Assembly: GCA_965660855.1 (NCBI GenBank) | Contig: CBFIBM010000001.1 | Coordinates: 320,001 to 384,000 of the forward strand | From: an uncultured bacterium | GTDB taxonomy: Bacteria > Fidelibacterota > Marinisomatia > Marinisomatales > UBA1611 | Length of the DNA: 64,000 nucleotides | Reading direction: 5' to 3' | Part shown: one piece after another, positions 1 through 10,659 of the stretch | How positions within the stretch are numbered: the stretch's first letter is position 1 | Layout of the letters: the number at the start of each line of letters is the position of its first letter | Position numbers and translations under genes: made by a program | The notes under the pieces: model-generated | Told to the model about the DNA's origin: nothing | The model's input: only the letters and a program-made list of their open reading frames with translations | Database searches by the model: none

Positions 1-1012
1 ACATGTTTTAGAAAGATCTGATACAAGCTCTTATTACTATAAATATAATTATGACCAGAATGCAAATGATGTAACTTTTCTTTCTTCTGAAATTATTGAT
101 AGCTTGATATTTCCAGTCGTAAAAAATAAATTGTATCAACATCTTCCAAAATCTACTTGGGATACATTTTCTAAAAGGGTTTTTGGTAATTCATACACTT
201 TTAGTATTGATGTCACACAATCTGGAATACAAATCGATAACTTCAGTGAACCATTAACAAAATGGAGTGAGTATAATTTTATTTCATTATCTGGAATTGA
301 TATTGATTTAGATTCTAGGCTTGATATAATCGCTCTTGATGAAAATGGTTTTTTATATGTTTTTAATAATAACTTAATATTATTGTCAGGGTTTCCAACC
401 TTAGAAAAATTTCTTCCCCCTATTTTAGCAGGTGATATTATTGATGATGATTATATAGAAATCGTTGGGAAATCTCAAGATTCATCATCCATTATGATCC
501 TAGATAATAAAGGAAATCAGCTTTATAATATTTCAAGTAGAAAAGAAGATCCATTGGTTTGCCTTGCTACTGTAAACGGTCATAAGTCTGTTGTTTCAAA
601 ATCTGTGGTATATAATTTTGATTTAGATAATGATTTTAACACTGAAAATTCATGGAGTTTTGAGCATGGAACTCAAGGTAATAGTAGACATGTAAACTTA
701 TCGCCGCTTGATTCAAGTTTTTCCTCGCAAGAAGTTTTAATTCGATCTTATATATATCCAAACCCTATTAGAGAAAATTTAGGTACATTACGCTTAGAAA
801 CATATAATGCTCAATCTATTGAAATTAAGATTTATGATTTACTAGGGATTCAAATAAATAAATTTGAGAAAAACTTAGTTGATTGTTGTTCTCAAATTAA
901 TGAGTGGATTTGGGATACCTCTTTATATGAGCCTGGGGTATATTTTGCACATGTTTCCGTAGTTGGGGAAAATGTTGAAAAAAATAAAATCATTAAAATT
1001 GCTATTTTATAA
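1..1012 (+). CDS. 3' part of a large secreted protein with FG-GAP-like repeats and a C-terminal T9SS-type-A/FlgD-Ig-like sorting domain (5' end outside window)
   Basis: Frame is open from position 2; DIDLDSRLDII and GDIIDDDYIEIV repeats; C-terminal YIYPNPIR...IYDLLG...WD...PGVYF. Confidence 0.7.
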   Translation, partial: HVLERSDTSSYYYKYNYDQNANDVTFLSSEIIDSLIFPVVKNKLYQHLPKSTWDTFSKRVFGNSYTFSIDVTQSGIQIDNFSEPLTKWSEYNFISLSGIDIDLDSRLDIIALDENGFLYVFNNNLILLSGFPTLEKFLPPILAGDIIDDDYIEIVGKSQDSSSIMILDNKGNQLYNISSRKEDPLVCLATVNGHKSVVSKSVVYNFDLDNDFNTENSWSFEHGTQGNSRHVNLSPLDSSFSSQEVLIRSYIYPNPIRENLGTLRLETYNAQSIEIKIYDLLGIQINKFEKNLVDCCSQINEWIWDTSLYEPGVYFAHVSVVGENVEKNKIIKIAIL

Positions 1013-3987
1013 TGGGAAAAATAATATTTTTTTTCTTATTCAATTTTATATTTATTTTTTCAAATGTTGAATATAATCATCCAGAGCTAAACTGGCATTC
1101 ATTTGAAACAGAACATTTTAAAATACATTTTCATGATGAAACTGAAAATACCGCAAGAGAGGCTGCAACTGTTGCAGAGGTAATCTATCCTAAAATAACG
1201 GAATTCTATAATTTTCATCCAAAAGAAAAAACCCATTTAATTCTTATTGATCCAGATGATTACTCAAATGGGGCTGCTTACTATTACGATAACAAAATGC
1301 TGATTTGGGCTTCACCATTAGATTTTGAATTAAGAGGAAGTCACCGCTGGCTTCAAAATGTAATTACACATGAATTTGCTCATATCGTTTCACTGCAAAA
1401 AGCAATGAAGGCTGGGATGTCAATACCAGGTGCATATTTACAGTTCATGAATTATGAAAACGAGAAAAGGCCGGATGTTTTGTATGGATATCCGAATGCT
1501 ATGATAAGCTATCCAATACCTGGCACGGTCGTTCCTCCATGGTTAGCCGAGGGTATTGCTCAATATATGTATGATTCTGCAGATTGGGATAATTGGGATA
1601 GTCACAGGGATATGATTTTAAGGGAGAGAGCTATAAACGGTAATATGTTATCCTTTACAGAAATGAACACATTTGGAAAGAAAGGTATTGGTAATGAATC
1701 GACATATAATGCGGGTTTTGCTCTTTCTACATACATAGCTAATGAATTTGGATCTGATAAAATAATGGAAATAATGGATGAACTTTCAAATCCACTTCAA
1801 TTCTCAATCAATAAAACTTTAGAAAAAGTTCTTAATATTAAAGGTGAAGATTTATTTATTGATTTTCAAAGGTCTATAGAAACAAAATATAATAGATTAG
1901 TTGAGCCAATCATTTTATTCAATGTAAAGGGAAGAGTATTAAATGATATAGGTACAACAAATATATACCCTAAATGGAACCCAAAAAAAAATATGTATTC
2001 TTATTTAAGTAATAAAAATAATGATTTTTTTGGTCAAACAGATTTATTTGTTTACGATTTTGATAATAAAAAAGAAATAAAAATCAAAAGTAATGTTCAT
2101 TCGGCCACAACCTGGAATAGTAATGGAGAGATTCTTTATTTTTCAAAAAAATCCAAGTATCCCAATAAATTTGGATCTAGGTATTATGATATATATTCTT
2201 ATGATTTAAACACCGAGCAAGAAAATCGATTAACAATAGACAAAAGAGCCTTTAGTCCAGTTTTCATAGAAAAAGATAGTTCGATAGCCTTTTTGTCTAC
2301 TTATGATGGAGGTCAAGACCTATATATTCTAGATTTAAAATCTATGACAGATAAAAAAATTACAGATTTTAAAGATAGGCCAATGATTAGTTATCTAGCT
2401 TACAATAAAACTAATAATTCTTTGTTCTTTGATATAACAACACATCACTTTAGAGATATTTATCAATACGACCTAAATAAAAAAGAACTTATCAAAGCCT
2501 TTGAAGATAGTTTTTATGATGAACGTAACTACTCATCGGATTTTTCAGGAAATGAAGTCTTTGCAAAAGATCAGAGTGGTATATATAATCTATTTTATAG
2601 AGAAAATGGTTCTGAAAATGGTGAGTATATTACTAATGTGACTGGTGGTGCATTTATGCCGGATATTTCGAATGATGGAAAAATTTTATTTTCTTTGTAT
2701 GAAGATGGTAAATATAAAATTTCTTTATTAGAAAATATTTCAAAAATTGATGAAAAAAATGTTGGTTATGGCAAGGAATATTTTCTAAATAATTCAAATT
2801 TTAGTGGACCAATCACACAACTAGACACTACAAAATCAAGTCCTTACAAAGATCAATTCCCCAATATGTTCCTCATGCCTAAAATAATGGGAGATTATGG
2901 CACTATAAAACCAGGCTTTTATTTTTACTCTACAGAAATAATTAATAGGCTATCCCTCTTTGGTGGAGCATCAATAAATCAATTAAAAGATGTAGATTTA
3001 TTTTTTATTTTTGATTTTAAACGTTTGTATCCAACTATATTTTTTGAAACATATTTTTTAACTAGGCATACAACAGATAATACAAAGTATAAAAATATCT
3101 ATGATGTTCAGGATGATATAAAATTTAGATTGGTTCAATTTAGGCCTGGCTTGAGGATACCAGTTTATGGGACTTTAATAGAGCTTTCTACTACTCTGCA
3201 ATGGTACAGAGCATTTATACAAGAGGAAGTCCGTACTAACGAATATGGAATTATACAAGCTGGGGCTGCATATGATTATTTTAAAGGAAATTCCTACAAT
3301 TTAAATTGGAGTTTAAACGCAGTTAAAAACACATTAAATAAAACAATCCAACCGACTAATGGATTTTCTTTTCAAGTAATGGCTGATTATGAAAATAATA
3401 AATTTATTGAAGGTCTAAAATTTTCTGATTCAGGAACACTTACTGAAGAATTTGAAGATAATGATCTTGTAAGATTACAATTTTATGGTAGCTATCATCA
3501 TAGATTACCATTTATAGAAAAAGGGTCTATATCTTTAAAAACCAACCTTGGATATATTACAAATAAAAATATTGATTCATTTTTCCATTTTTATTTGGGA
3601 GGTTTACCAGGATTGAAAGGGTACACCTTCTATAGCATCAAAGGTGTTCAGTCAGCTATGATTGATGCAACTTTTCGTTTCCCATTATTTCTTGAAAAGC
3701 ATTATAAGTTTAATTGGCTTATTTTTCAAAATAGTGTAATTGGATTAAATTTCCAAGCTGGAGATGCATGGGGAGAGAAGATAGACAGTATAACACAAAA
3801 CTTTAGTTTGAAAAAATCAATTGGATTGCAGTGGAGAATAAATGGTTTCTCTTTTTATAATTATCCAACAGCAATTGAGTTTGAATATCACCAACCACTT
3901 GATAAATTTAATGATAAAATTAATGGAGAATCAATATCGTATGGAGAAAATGGACGTGCTTATTTTAAAATATTGTTTGATTTTTAG
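1012..3987 (+). CDS. Outer-membrane protein: zinc peptidase (MA-like) domain + TolB/PD40 beta-propeller + Omp85-like barrel
   Basis: Signal peptide; THEFAH and PPWLAEGIA gluzincin motifs; propeller repeats (PKWNP, SPVF, PDISNDG); FYLGGLPGLKGY and terminal Phe. Confidence 0.65.
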   Translation: MGKIIFFFLFNFIFIFSNVEYNHPELNWHSFETEHFKIHFHDETENTAREAATVAEVIYPKITEFYNFHPKEKTHLILIDPDDYSNGAAYYYDNKMLIWASPLDFELRGSHRWLQNVITHEFAHIVSLQKAMKAGMSIPGAYLQFMNYENEKRPDVLYGYPNAMISYPIPGTVVPPWLAEGIAQYMYDSADWDNWDSHRDMILRERAINGNMLSFTEMNTFGKKGIGNESTYNAGFALSTYIANEFGSDKIMEIMDELSNPLQFSINKTLEKVLNIKGEDLFIDFQRSIETKYNRLVEPIILFNVKGRVLNDIGTTNIYPKWNPKKNMYSYLSNKNNDFFGQTDLFVYDFDNKKEIKIKSNVHSATTWNSNGEILYFSKKSKYPNKFGSRYYDIYSYDLNTEQENRLTIDKRAFSPVFIEKDSSIAFLSTYDGGQDLYILDLKSMTDKKITDFKDRPMISYLAYNKTNNSLFFDITTHHFRDIYQYDLNKKELIKAFEDSFYDERNYSSDFSGNEVFAKDQSGIYNLFYRENGSENGEYITNVTGGAFMPDISNDGKILFSLYEDGKYKISLLENISKIDEKNVGYGKEYFLNNSNFSGPITQLDTTKSSPYKDQFPNMFLMPKIMGDYGTIKPGFYFYSTEIINRLSLFGGASINQLKDVDLFFIFDFKRLYPTIFFETYFLTRHTTDNTKYKNIYDVQDDIKFRLVQFRPGLRIPVYGTLIELSTTLQWYRAFIQEEVRTNEYGIIQAGAAYDYFKGNSYNLNWSLNAVKNTLNKTIQPTNGFSFQVMADYENNKFIEGLKFSDSGTLTEEFEDNDLVRLQFYGSYHHRLPFIEKGSISLKTNLGYITNKNIDSFFHFYLGGLPGLKGYTFYSIKGVQSAMIDATFRFPLFLEKHYKFNWLIFQNSVIGLNFQAGDAWGEKIDSITQNFSLKKSIGLQWRINGFSFYNYPTAIEFEYHQPLDKFNDKINGESISYGENGRAYFKILFDF

Positions 3988-4876
3988 CTCTATTTTATCT
4001 CTTGGGTTTTCACAAGATAATAAAAATACTAGTAACGCAAGTGACCAAGATTCTGCATCAGTTGTTTTATTAGATAAGGGTAATACTATTTATCCAGGTA
4101 AGCCATTGGTAATGTCTCTGATTTTACCTGGTGCTGGTCAATTTTATAATAAATCACCGTTATGGAAAACCGCCTCTTTTGTATGTGTCGAATTAGCAAC
4201 CATTTTTGCTTGGAGTCATTTCAATTCAGAAGCAGAGAAATATAGACAAAAATATCAATCTTTCGCAGATGAACATTGGTCTTTACAAAATTGGGCAACA
4301 AACCATACAAATTTTCCAAGTGAAATGTTTGATGGGCGTTCATGGTCGACATTCTCTGCATTAACAAAATTATCTGGTACTCATGATTTAAATTTGGTTA
4401 TTTCTGGACAATTATCTGAAGAATTAGGTTTAACTAGAGTCTCCTCAGACAGTCTGGATTCTAACCCTGCATGGGCTTTCTCTGATGATGTAGTTGTTGT
4501 GAAAGATCGTCACTTTTATGAAAATATTGGCAAGTATGATCAATTTTTAGGAGGTTGGGATGATGCTTCAAGTGATTGGTACTGGGAGGAAAAGGATGTA
4601 GGCGATAGCCTTGAAATAATAATAAAGACACCAAAAAAACAAAAATATATAGATGAACGGTTTAAGTCTAATCAAATGCTTACTCGTGTTAAATATAGTA
4701 TTACGGCATTGATGTTTAATCATGTTGTCAGTGGAGTAGAATCAGTGTTTTCCACATTAAATAAATCGAAAAGAGTAAAAGAAAAAGTATCCTCAAATGA
4801 CTATTATCTCAATTTAACTTATAATCCATTGAACAGTTCCGGAGTCGGAGGAGTGAATTTTGTTTTACAATTTTAA
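3950..4876 (+). CDS. Exported/membrane protein with DUF5683-like motif (start uncertain, 3941 or 3950)
   Basis: Signal-like stretch after MDV; motif SLILPGAGQFYN. Confidence 0.5.
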   Translation: MDVLILKYCLIFSSILSLGFSQDNKNTSNASDQDSASVVLLDKGNTIYPGKPLVMSLILPGAGQFYNKSPLWKTASFVCVELATIFAWSHFNSEAEKYRQKYQSFADEHWSLQNWATNHTNFPSEMFDGRSWSTFSALTKLSGTHDLNLVISGQLSEELGLTRVSSDSLDSNPAWAFSDDVVVVKDRHFYENIGKYDQFLGGWDDASSDWYWEEKDVGDSLEIIIKTPKKQKYIDERFKSNQMLTRVKYSITALMFNHVVSGVESVFSTLNKSKRVKEKVSSNDYYLNLTYNPLNSSGVGGVNFVLQF

Positions 4877-5636
4877 TTTAAAGAATGTTTTATTTAAGAC
4901 CTTTATAATATTCTATTTTTCATGTGCTGGATCAAAGCCTGATACAGAAATAACACTTCAAGATAAATTTGATTCAGGGATGAAGCACTTTGAAAATGAA
5001 AAATATTTGAATGCGCAAATTGATTTTAAAAGTATAGTAATTAGAGGTTCAGGTACGGATCTTGGTGATGATGCTCAATACTTTTTGGCTGAATCTTACT
5101 ACCACAATAAAGAATATTTACTTGCGATTTCTGAATATGAGAAACTTACCAGAAGAATGGGGTTTAGTCCTTTTGTTGAAGATGCAAGATTTAAAATTTG
5201 TGAAGCATATAAAATTGAATCTCCCAAATATTACCACGATCAAGAGTACAGTGAGAAATCACTTCAACGGTATCAAGAATTCTTGAATGACTTTCCAAAT
5301 TCAAAGTATATTGATGAAGTTCTTTTTTCAATCGAGTCCTTAAGAGAAAAGTTAGGTAAAAAAGTATATGAATCTGGTATCCTTTATATGAAAATGGATG
5401 AATATGAATCAGCTGAGATGTCATTTCAAAGGACAATAGACTTATATTATGATACTGAGATATTTAATAAGGCTATTCAAGGAAAAATATTGGCACTAGC
5501 AAAAAATGGTGAATTAGATAATGCAAAAAGTATCCTTTTAGAAAATATAAAAGGATTAAAGGAAGAAGGCTTATATATTAAAACGAAAGCAGATATTGAA
5601 AAAATACAAAGAAAATTGACAAAGAGTCTAAAATGA
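4860..5636 (+). CDS. bamD: Outer membrane protein assembly factor BamD (TPR lipoprotein)
   Basis: Lipobox FSC; AQYFLAESYY TPR; DQEYSEKSLQRYQEFLNDFPNSKY. Confidence 0.8.
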   Translation: MFYNFNLKNVLFKTFIIFYFSCAGSKPDTEITLQDKFDSGMKHFENEKYLNAQIDFKSIVIRGSGTDLGDDAQYFLAESYYHNKEYLLAISEYEKLTRRMGFSPFVEDARFKICEAYKIESPKYYHDQEYSEKSLQRYQEFLNDFPNSKYIDEVLFSIESLREKLGKKVYESGILYMKMDEYESAEMSFQRTIDLYYDTEIFNKAIQGKILALAKNGELDNAKSILLENIKGLKEEGLYIKTKADIEKIQRKLTKSLK

Positions 5637-6211
5637 AGATTTGTTTATTTGGAGGTACATTTGACCCTCCACATATTGGACATCTGTTGATTGCTCAAAC
5701 AATCTGCGAAGCAGAATCTTTTGATAAGATATTATTTATTCCTGTAAATATTCCTCCCCATAAAAGTGTGAATACTTCTCTTGAGGATAGATTGAATATG
5801 TTGAATATAGCAGTTAAGGATAATCCTAATTTTGAAATATCAGATATAGAAATAAGAAGAGGAGGTGTTAGTTATACAATTGACACGATAAGAAAGATCA
5901 AAGAAGTTTATAATATTAAATCAAATAAACTTTCATACCTTATCGGAAGTGATAGTTTACTCAACTTCCATAATTGGAAAGACCCAGAAAAAATCTTAAA
6001 TGAATGTCAAATAATTGTTGCAATACGACCCGGGTTTAGACCTAGTGATATTCCCGCTTGGATTTTACATAAAATTCAATTTGCTAATATACCAAGATTT
6101 GAAATTTCCTCTACTAATATCAGAACACGGTGGGTAGAAAATAAAACAATTAGATATATGGTGACTCTACCTGTATGGGAATATATAAATGAGAACCAAA
6201 TATATATTTAA
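5633..6211 (+). CDS. nadD: Nicotinate-nucleotide adenylyltransferase
   Basis: FGGTFDPPHIGH, SYTIDT, IGSD, ISSTNIR. Confidence 0.95.
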   Translation: MKICLFGGTFDPPHIGHLLIAQTICEAESFDKILFIPVNIPPHKSVNTSLEDRLNMLNIAVKDNPNFEISDIEIRRGGVSYTIDTIRKIKEVYNIKSNKLSYLIGSDSLLNFHNWKDPEKILNECQIIVAIRPGFRPSDIPAWILHKIQFANIPRFEISSTNIRTRWVENKTIRYMVTLPVWEYINENQIYI

Positions 6212-7155
6212 GCTGCAAAGTCAAAATACCATCTAATTAAATTTATAGTTACTAATATAGTTCCTTCTAGTCTACTAATTCTCCAATTTGTTCTAATCAT
6301 TAGAAGGGTTAACCCCACCATCAACACCAAAAGAAAAACACTGTTAAAAATATCAGATGAAATCATTGTTGGGTTTAAAATACCTGCTAGTCCTAAAACT
6401 CCAAGTAGGTTGAATAAGTCACTACCTATTAAATTACCAATTGCTATACCATGACGGCCTTTCAAGGCTGCGGACACTGATGTCGCAAATTCAGGAGCTG
6501 AAGTACCAGCTGCTACTATAGTAACTGCTATAACCCAATCGGAGACACCCATGGCATGAGCAATGTTTGATGCATGTTTTACCATTAAGTGACCACCATA
6601 AACAATCATTACTAATCCTACGAAAAAATAAATATATGATTTAAAATCTGCTTTACTTGGGTTAACCTCTTCAGGTGGATCTTTTTTAATAAATAAAAAT
6701 CCAACATAACCAATAAGGAGACTGAATAAAAGAATACCTTCTATTCTTGTGTATTGATCATCTGTTGTCCATCCATTAAATCCAAAAAATAAAAAGAAAA
6801 TTAAAGCAGTTGATATTAATAAGAAAAATCCATCCCTATTAAAAAGTTTAGATGAGGTTGCAATTGGCCTTATCATTGCAGTCCCACCAAGGATGAAACC
6901 CAGATTAAATATATTAGAACCAATAACATTGCCAATAGATATGTCTGTTTGACCAGTTACAGCAGCACTAATAGTTACTGCAAATTCAGGAGCCGATGTA
7001 CCAAATGCTACAACTGTTAGTCCAACTACCAAGTCAGAAATCTTTAAACTATGTGCAATTTCAGCAGCAGAATCAACAAGCCAGTCCGCCCCTTTCCAGA
7101 GCATTATAATTGAAATTACTACTAAAATTCCATCTATTATTATGTTTGTGTCCAT
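6208..7155 (-). CDS. Calcium/sodium antiporter (YrbG/CaCA family)
   Basis: Two alpha repeats GTSAPE with GSNIFN / GSDLFN; about 10 TM helices. Confidence 0.9.
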   Translation of the reverse strand: MDTNIIIDGILVVISIIMLWKGADWLVDSAAEIAHSLKISDLVVGLTVVAFGTSAPEFAVTISAAVTGQTDISIGNVIGSNIFNLGFILGGTAMIRPIATSSKLFNRDGFFLLISTALIFFLFFGFNGWTTDDQYTRIEGILLFSLLIGYVGFLFIKKDPPEEVNPSKADFKSYIYFFVGLVMIVYGGHLMVKHASNIAHAMGVSDWVIAVTIVAAGTSAPEFATSVSAALKGRHGIAIGNLIGSDLFNLLGVLGLAGILNPTMISSDIFNSVFLLVLMVGLTLLMIRTNWRISRLEGTILVTINLIRWYFDFAA

Positions 7156-7312
7156 TTTATTCTACTTCATTAAATTAATTGGAATTAAAATACATTGAAA
7201 TTTTATAAATATTAACAATGAATATTACAATTTATGATTTAATTTGGGACTAATATAATCTTAACATTTATACAAAAATTAGTATTTAAACTATCTTGGA
7301 AAACACTATTTA

Positions 7313-7966
7313 ATGATTGAGTTTCAAAACGTATCTTACTCACATGAAAAGGGATATGGAGTAAGTAATTTGAATATGAATGTTCCTGATGGAGAATTTG
7401 CATTTTTGATCGGACCCACTGGAAGTGGGAAAACAACTCTGATGAGGCTGGTCTATTTTGACTTACTCCCTGATACAGGAATTGTTCGAGTAAATAGTTT
7501 TTTATCTAATAAAATAAAAAAACATCATATACCAAATGCGAGAAAATCTATTGGGATGGTTTTTCAGGATTATAAATTGTTAACCGATAGAACTCTATTC
7601 GAGAATATATCACTGCCTCTTCATGTTTTAGGGTTTAATAATAAAGAAATTAAAAATCGTGTTGACGAAGCTTTAGATCTAGTTGGCTTAACAGGGAAGG
7701 AAGACCATTCTTCTTTTGAATTATCTGGAGGTGAACAACAAAGAGCCTGCCTTGCAAGAGCAATAATTAAAGAACCAGATGTTATTTTAGCTGATGAACC
7801 AACGGGGAATTTAGATCCCGTAGCATCATTTGAATTGGTAAGACTATTAGAAACTATCAATGAAACTGGAACAACAATTTTGATGGCCTCTCATAATTAC
7901 AATCTCATAAAAGGGCGAGGTAGACCCATATATGAGCTTAAAGATGGTAACCTGAGGGTAAGGTAA
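7313..7966 (+). CDS. ftsE: Cell division ATP-binding protein FtsE
   Basis: GPTGSGKTT, IGMVFQDYKLL, LSGGEQQR, LADEPTGNLDP; followed by ftsX. Confidence 0.9.
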   Translation: MIEFQNVSYSHEKGYGVSNLNMNVPDGEFAFLIGPTGSGKTTLMRLVYFDLLPDTGIVRVNSFLSNKIKKHHIPNARKSIGMVFQDYKLLTDRTLFENISLPLHVLGFNNKEIKNRVDEALDLVGLTGKEDHSSFELSGGEQQRACLARAIIKEPDVILADEPTGNLDPVASFELVRLLETINETGTTILMASHNYNLIKGRGRPIYELKDGNLRVR

Positions 7967-7968
7967 TA

Positions 7969-8841
7969 ATGAATAAGCTTGTTTACCTATTATTTGAAGG
8001 TTTTAAAAATATTATGCGACATAAAATGACTGCTTTTACTGCAGTTTTATCCCTTTTAATCTCTTTATATATTGTAGGTCTACTATCTATTGGTGAGAGC
8101 AATACATATAAAATATTACAATATCTTAGATCAAAATATAAAATTGAAGTCTTTTTTAATCAATCAGTTGGAAATGAAGAGGCAATTGGTTTAATACATA
8201 AAATAAAAAAAATCAAGGGTGTTAGAAATGCAACCATTATAGAAAAAGAGGATGCCGTTCGAATTTTCAATGATCAATTTGGTGAAAATATAATTGATAT
8301 ATTAGGATATAACCCATTACCAGTAAGCGCAGTTATTAATTTAGATAGAAATAAAAAAGAATTAATCAGAGTCGAACCTATTATAAAGTCCATAAAAGAA
8401 CTTGGTCAAGTTGAAGAAGTTAAATACCAAGGGAATCTAATAAATAAAATAGAACAAAATTTTAAAAAAGTAACGGATAGAATACCAATTATTACATTCT
8501 TAATCACAACGATCGCGCTTCTAATAATATACAACACAATTAAATTGTCTATTTATTCTCGAAAGGATTCTATCTATACCTTACAATTAATTGGTGCAAG
8601 TAGGCTATTTGTTAAATCTCCATTTATAATAGAAGGTATTTGCCTTGGATTAATTTCTGTTTTTTTGGTCATTCCATTTTTAGTTTTAACTGTTGAAGCC
8701 TTGAATTATTTTATATCAAATTTTACATCATTGAATTTAAAATTAATTTTTGATTTACTAACCTTCCTTAAGCTTGCAGCTTTGATCATTTTTATAACAT
8801 TCATTGGTAGCTACAGGGCAGCATCTAGTTTCTTGAAGTAA
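7969..8841 (+). CDS. ftsX: Cell division permease FtsX
   Basis: 4-TM topology, NPLP, NTIKLSIYSR, LIGAS..FVKSPFIIEG. Confidence 0.9.
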   Translation: MNKLVYLLFEGFKNIMRHKMTAFTAVLSLLISLYIVGLLSIGESNTYKILQYLRSKYKIEVFFNQSVGNEEAIGLIHKIKKIKGVRNATIIEKEDAVRIFNDQFGENIIDILGYNPLPVSAVINLDRNKKELIRVEPIIKSIKELGQVEEVKYQGNLINKIEQNFKKVTDRIPIITFLITTIALLIIYNTIKLSIYSRKDSIYTLQLIGASRLFVKSPFIIEGICLGLISVFLVIPFLVLTVEALNYFISNFTSLNLKLIFDLLTFLKLAALIIFITFIGSYRAASSFLK

Positions 8842-8926
8842 TTGCTTTCAATTATTGTTCATTATGGTAAAAAAATAATAAATTTATTTTCTGTATTTAA
8901 CAGTAAAATAAAATTTTGAGGTAATA

Positions 8927-9445
8927 GTGGCAAAAACTACAAAAAAAGAAACGAAAAAAGAGAAAAAAACAGCAACAGTAAAACCTAAGAAAAAAGAAAC
9001 AAAATTAGATATTCTCAACAAAGAGTTCCTTGAACTTCAAGACAAACATGTTAGGTTAAAAGCTGAGTTTGATAATTTTAGAAGAAGAAAATCGGAAGAG
9101 TTCTCAAAACTATTACAGTATGATGGAGAGGATGTCATTAAGGGATTCTTACCAATAATTGATGATTTAAAAAGAATGATTGCATCGGAGGAAGAGGCAT
9201 CCATAGATACTATGAAAGATGGTATTCAAATGGTCGATTCAAAAATTAGTAAATTTTTTGAGAAATTAAATATAGAACCATTTGCTGAAAAAGGAGATAT
9301 GATGGATGCTGATATGCATGATGCAATGTTAACCAAAAAAGAAGAAAGCATGGAAGATAATTCAATCTTAGAAGTATTTGAAAGTGGTTATACTTATCGA
9401 GAAAAGGTTATTCGTCATGCAAAGGTTATAGTGAACAAAAAGTGA
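8927..9445 (+). CDS. grpE: Nucleotide exchange factor GrpE
   Basis: [18 protein letters not shown]...[13 protein letters not shown] start after GAGG. Confidence 0.95.
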   Translation: MAKTTKKETKKEKKTATVKPKKKETKLDILNKEFLELQDKHVRLKAEFDNFRRRKSEEFSKLLQYDGEDVIKGFLPIIDDLKRMIASEEEASIDTMKDGIQMVDSKISKFFEKLNIEPFAEKGDMMDADMHDAMLTKKEESMEDNSILEVFESGYTYREKVIRHAKVIVNKK

Positions 9446-10539
9446 GAGATCTTTATGAAGTGATTGGGGTTCCGAAAGATGCTAGTAATGATCAAATAAA
9501 AAAATCATATCGTAAACTAGCTTTGAAATATCATCCAGATAAGAATCCTGATAATCCTGAGGCTGAAAAAAAATTTAAGGAAGCTGCAGAAGCGTACGCT
9601 GTTTTAAGTGATCAACAAAAACGGTCAAGATATGATCAATTTGGCCATGCAGGCGTTGGCATGGGAGATAATGCTGGTCATGGTGGCTTTAGAGGTGGTG
9701 GTGTTCATATGAGCATGGATGATATATTCTCTCAGTTTGGTGATATTTTTGGAGGAGGTGGAAGCCCTTTTGATAGTATTTTTGGAGGCGGAAATTCACG
9801 AAGAAGAAGCAAAGGAAATGATGTTCGAATAAAATTAAAATTACCGTATGAAGAAATTCTAAAAGGTGTTGAGAAAAAAATAAAGATTAAAAGAATAGTT
9901 GTAGCTCCTGGAGCTGAATTTAAAACTTGTCCAACCTGTCAAGGTCAAGGGCAAGTCACTACTGTACAGAATACCATTCTTGGTCAGATGAGATCAGCTT
10001 CTGTATGCCCTCATTGCGAAGGTGCGGGTAAAAGAATAGGTAATCGCCCACCGGGATCAGGGCCTGATGGAATGGTTAGAAAAGAGGAAACAATCAAGAT
10101 AAAAGTTCCTGCAGGTGTTGAAGAAGGGAACTATATGACTGTAAATGGGCAGGGAAATGAGGATATAAATGGTAATCCTGGTGATTTAATTGTTGTTTTT
10201 GCTGAAAGTAGTCATGACTACTTTGTAAGAGATGGTGAAAATGTTATCCTTGAATTAAATATTTCATATCCTACTGCTGTACTGGGTGGTAAAATAGAAA
10301 TACCAGTAATAGGTGGTAAAGCTGGTCTTAAAATACCTTCTGGTATACAGTCAGGCCAAGTTCTTAGAATGAAAGGTAAGGGATTTCCACGTCTAAGAGG
10401 AAGATCAAACGGAGACCAATTGGTAAAAATACAGATAAATACCCCTAAAAATATTTCAAGAGGTGTTAAGAAGATTATTGAAAACTTAGGAAAAGAAATT
10501 GAAGATATAAAAAATCCATTTACTAAAATTGAATTATAA
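9442..10539 (+). CDS. dnaJ: Chaperone DnaJ (only two CxxCxGxG repeats)
   Basis: J-domain HPD, G/F region, CPTCQGQG and CPHCEGAG, C-terminal domains. Confidence 0.95.
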   Translation: MRDLYEVIGVPKDASNDQIKKSYRKLALKYHPDKNPDNPEAEKKFKEAAEAYAVLSDQQKRSRYDQFGHAGVGMGDNAGHGGFRGGGVHMSMDDIFSQFGDIFGGGGSPFDSIFGGGNSRRRSKGNDVRIKLKLPYEEILKGVEKKIKIKRIVVAPGAEFKTCPTCQGQGQVTTVQNTILGQMRSASVCPHCEGAGKRIGNRPPGSGPDGMVRKEETIKIKVPAGVEEGNYMTVNGQGNEDINGNPGDLIVVFAESSHDYFVRDGENVILELNISYPTAVLGGKIEIPVIGGKAGLKIPSGIQSGQVLRMKGKGFPRLRGRSNGDQLVKIQINTPKNISRGVKKIIENLGKEIEDIKNPFTKIEL

Positions 10540-10659
10540 TAATAAAAATATTATAGCTGTTTTAATTTTATTAAAATCCATTATAATAATGTTTATTGTT
10601 AAATTAAATAATGATAAAAATATATCTAAGATAAAGAAAATAGAATATTTGGGAAAACT

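Noticed and set aside
8842..8926. CIRCE element upstream of grpE-dnaJ
   Set aside because: No TTAGCACTC-N9-GAGTGCTAA; only an AT-rich imperfect inverted repeat that could be chance.
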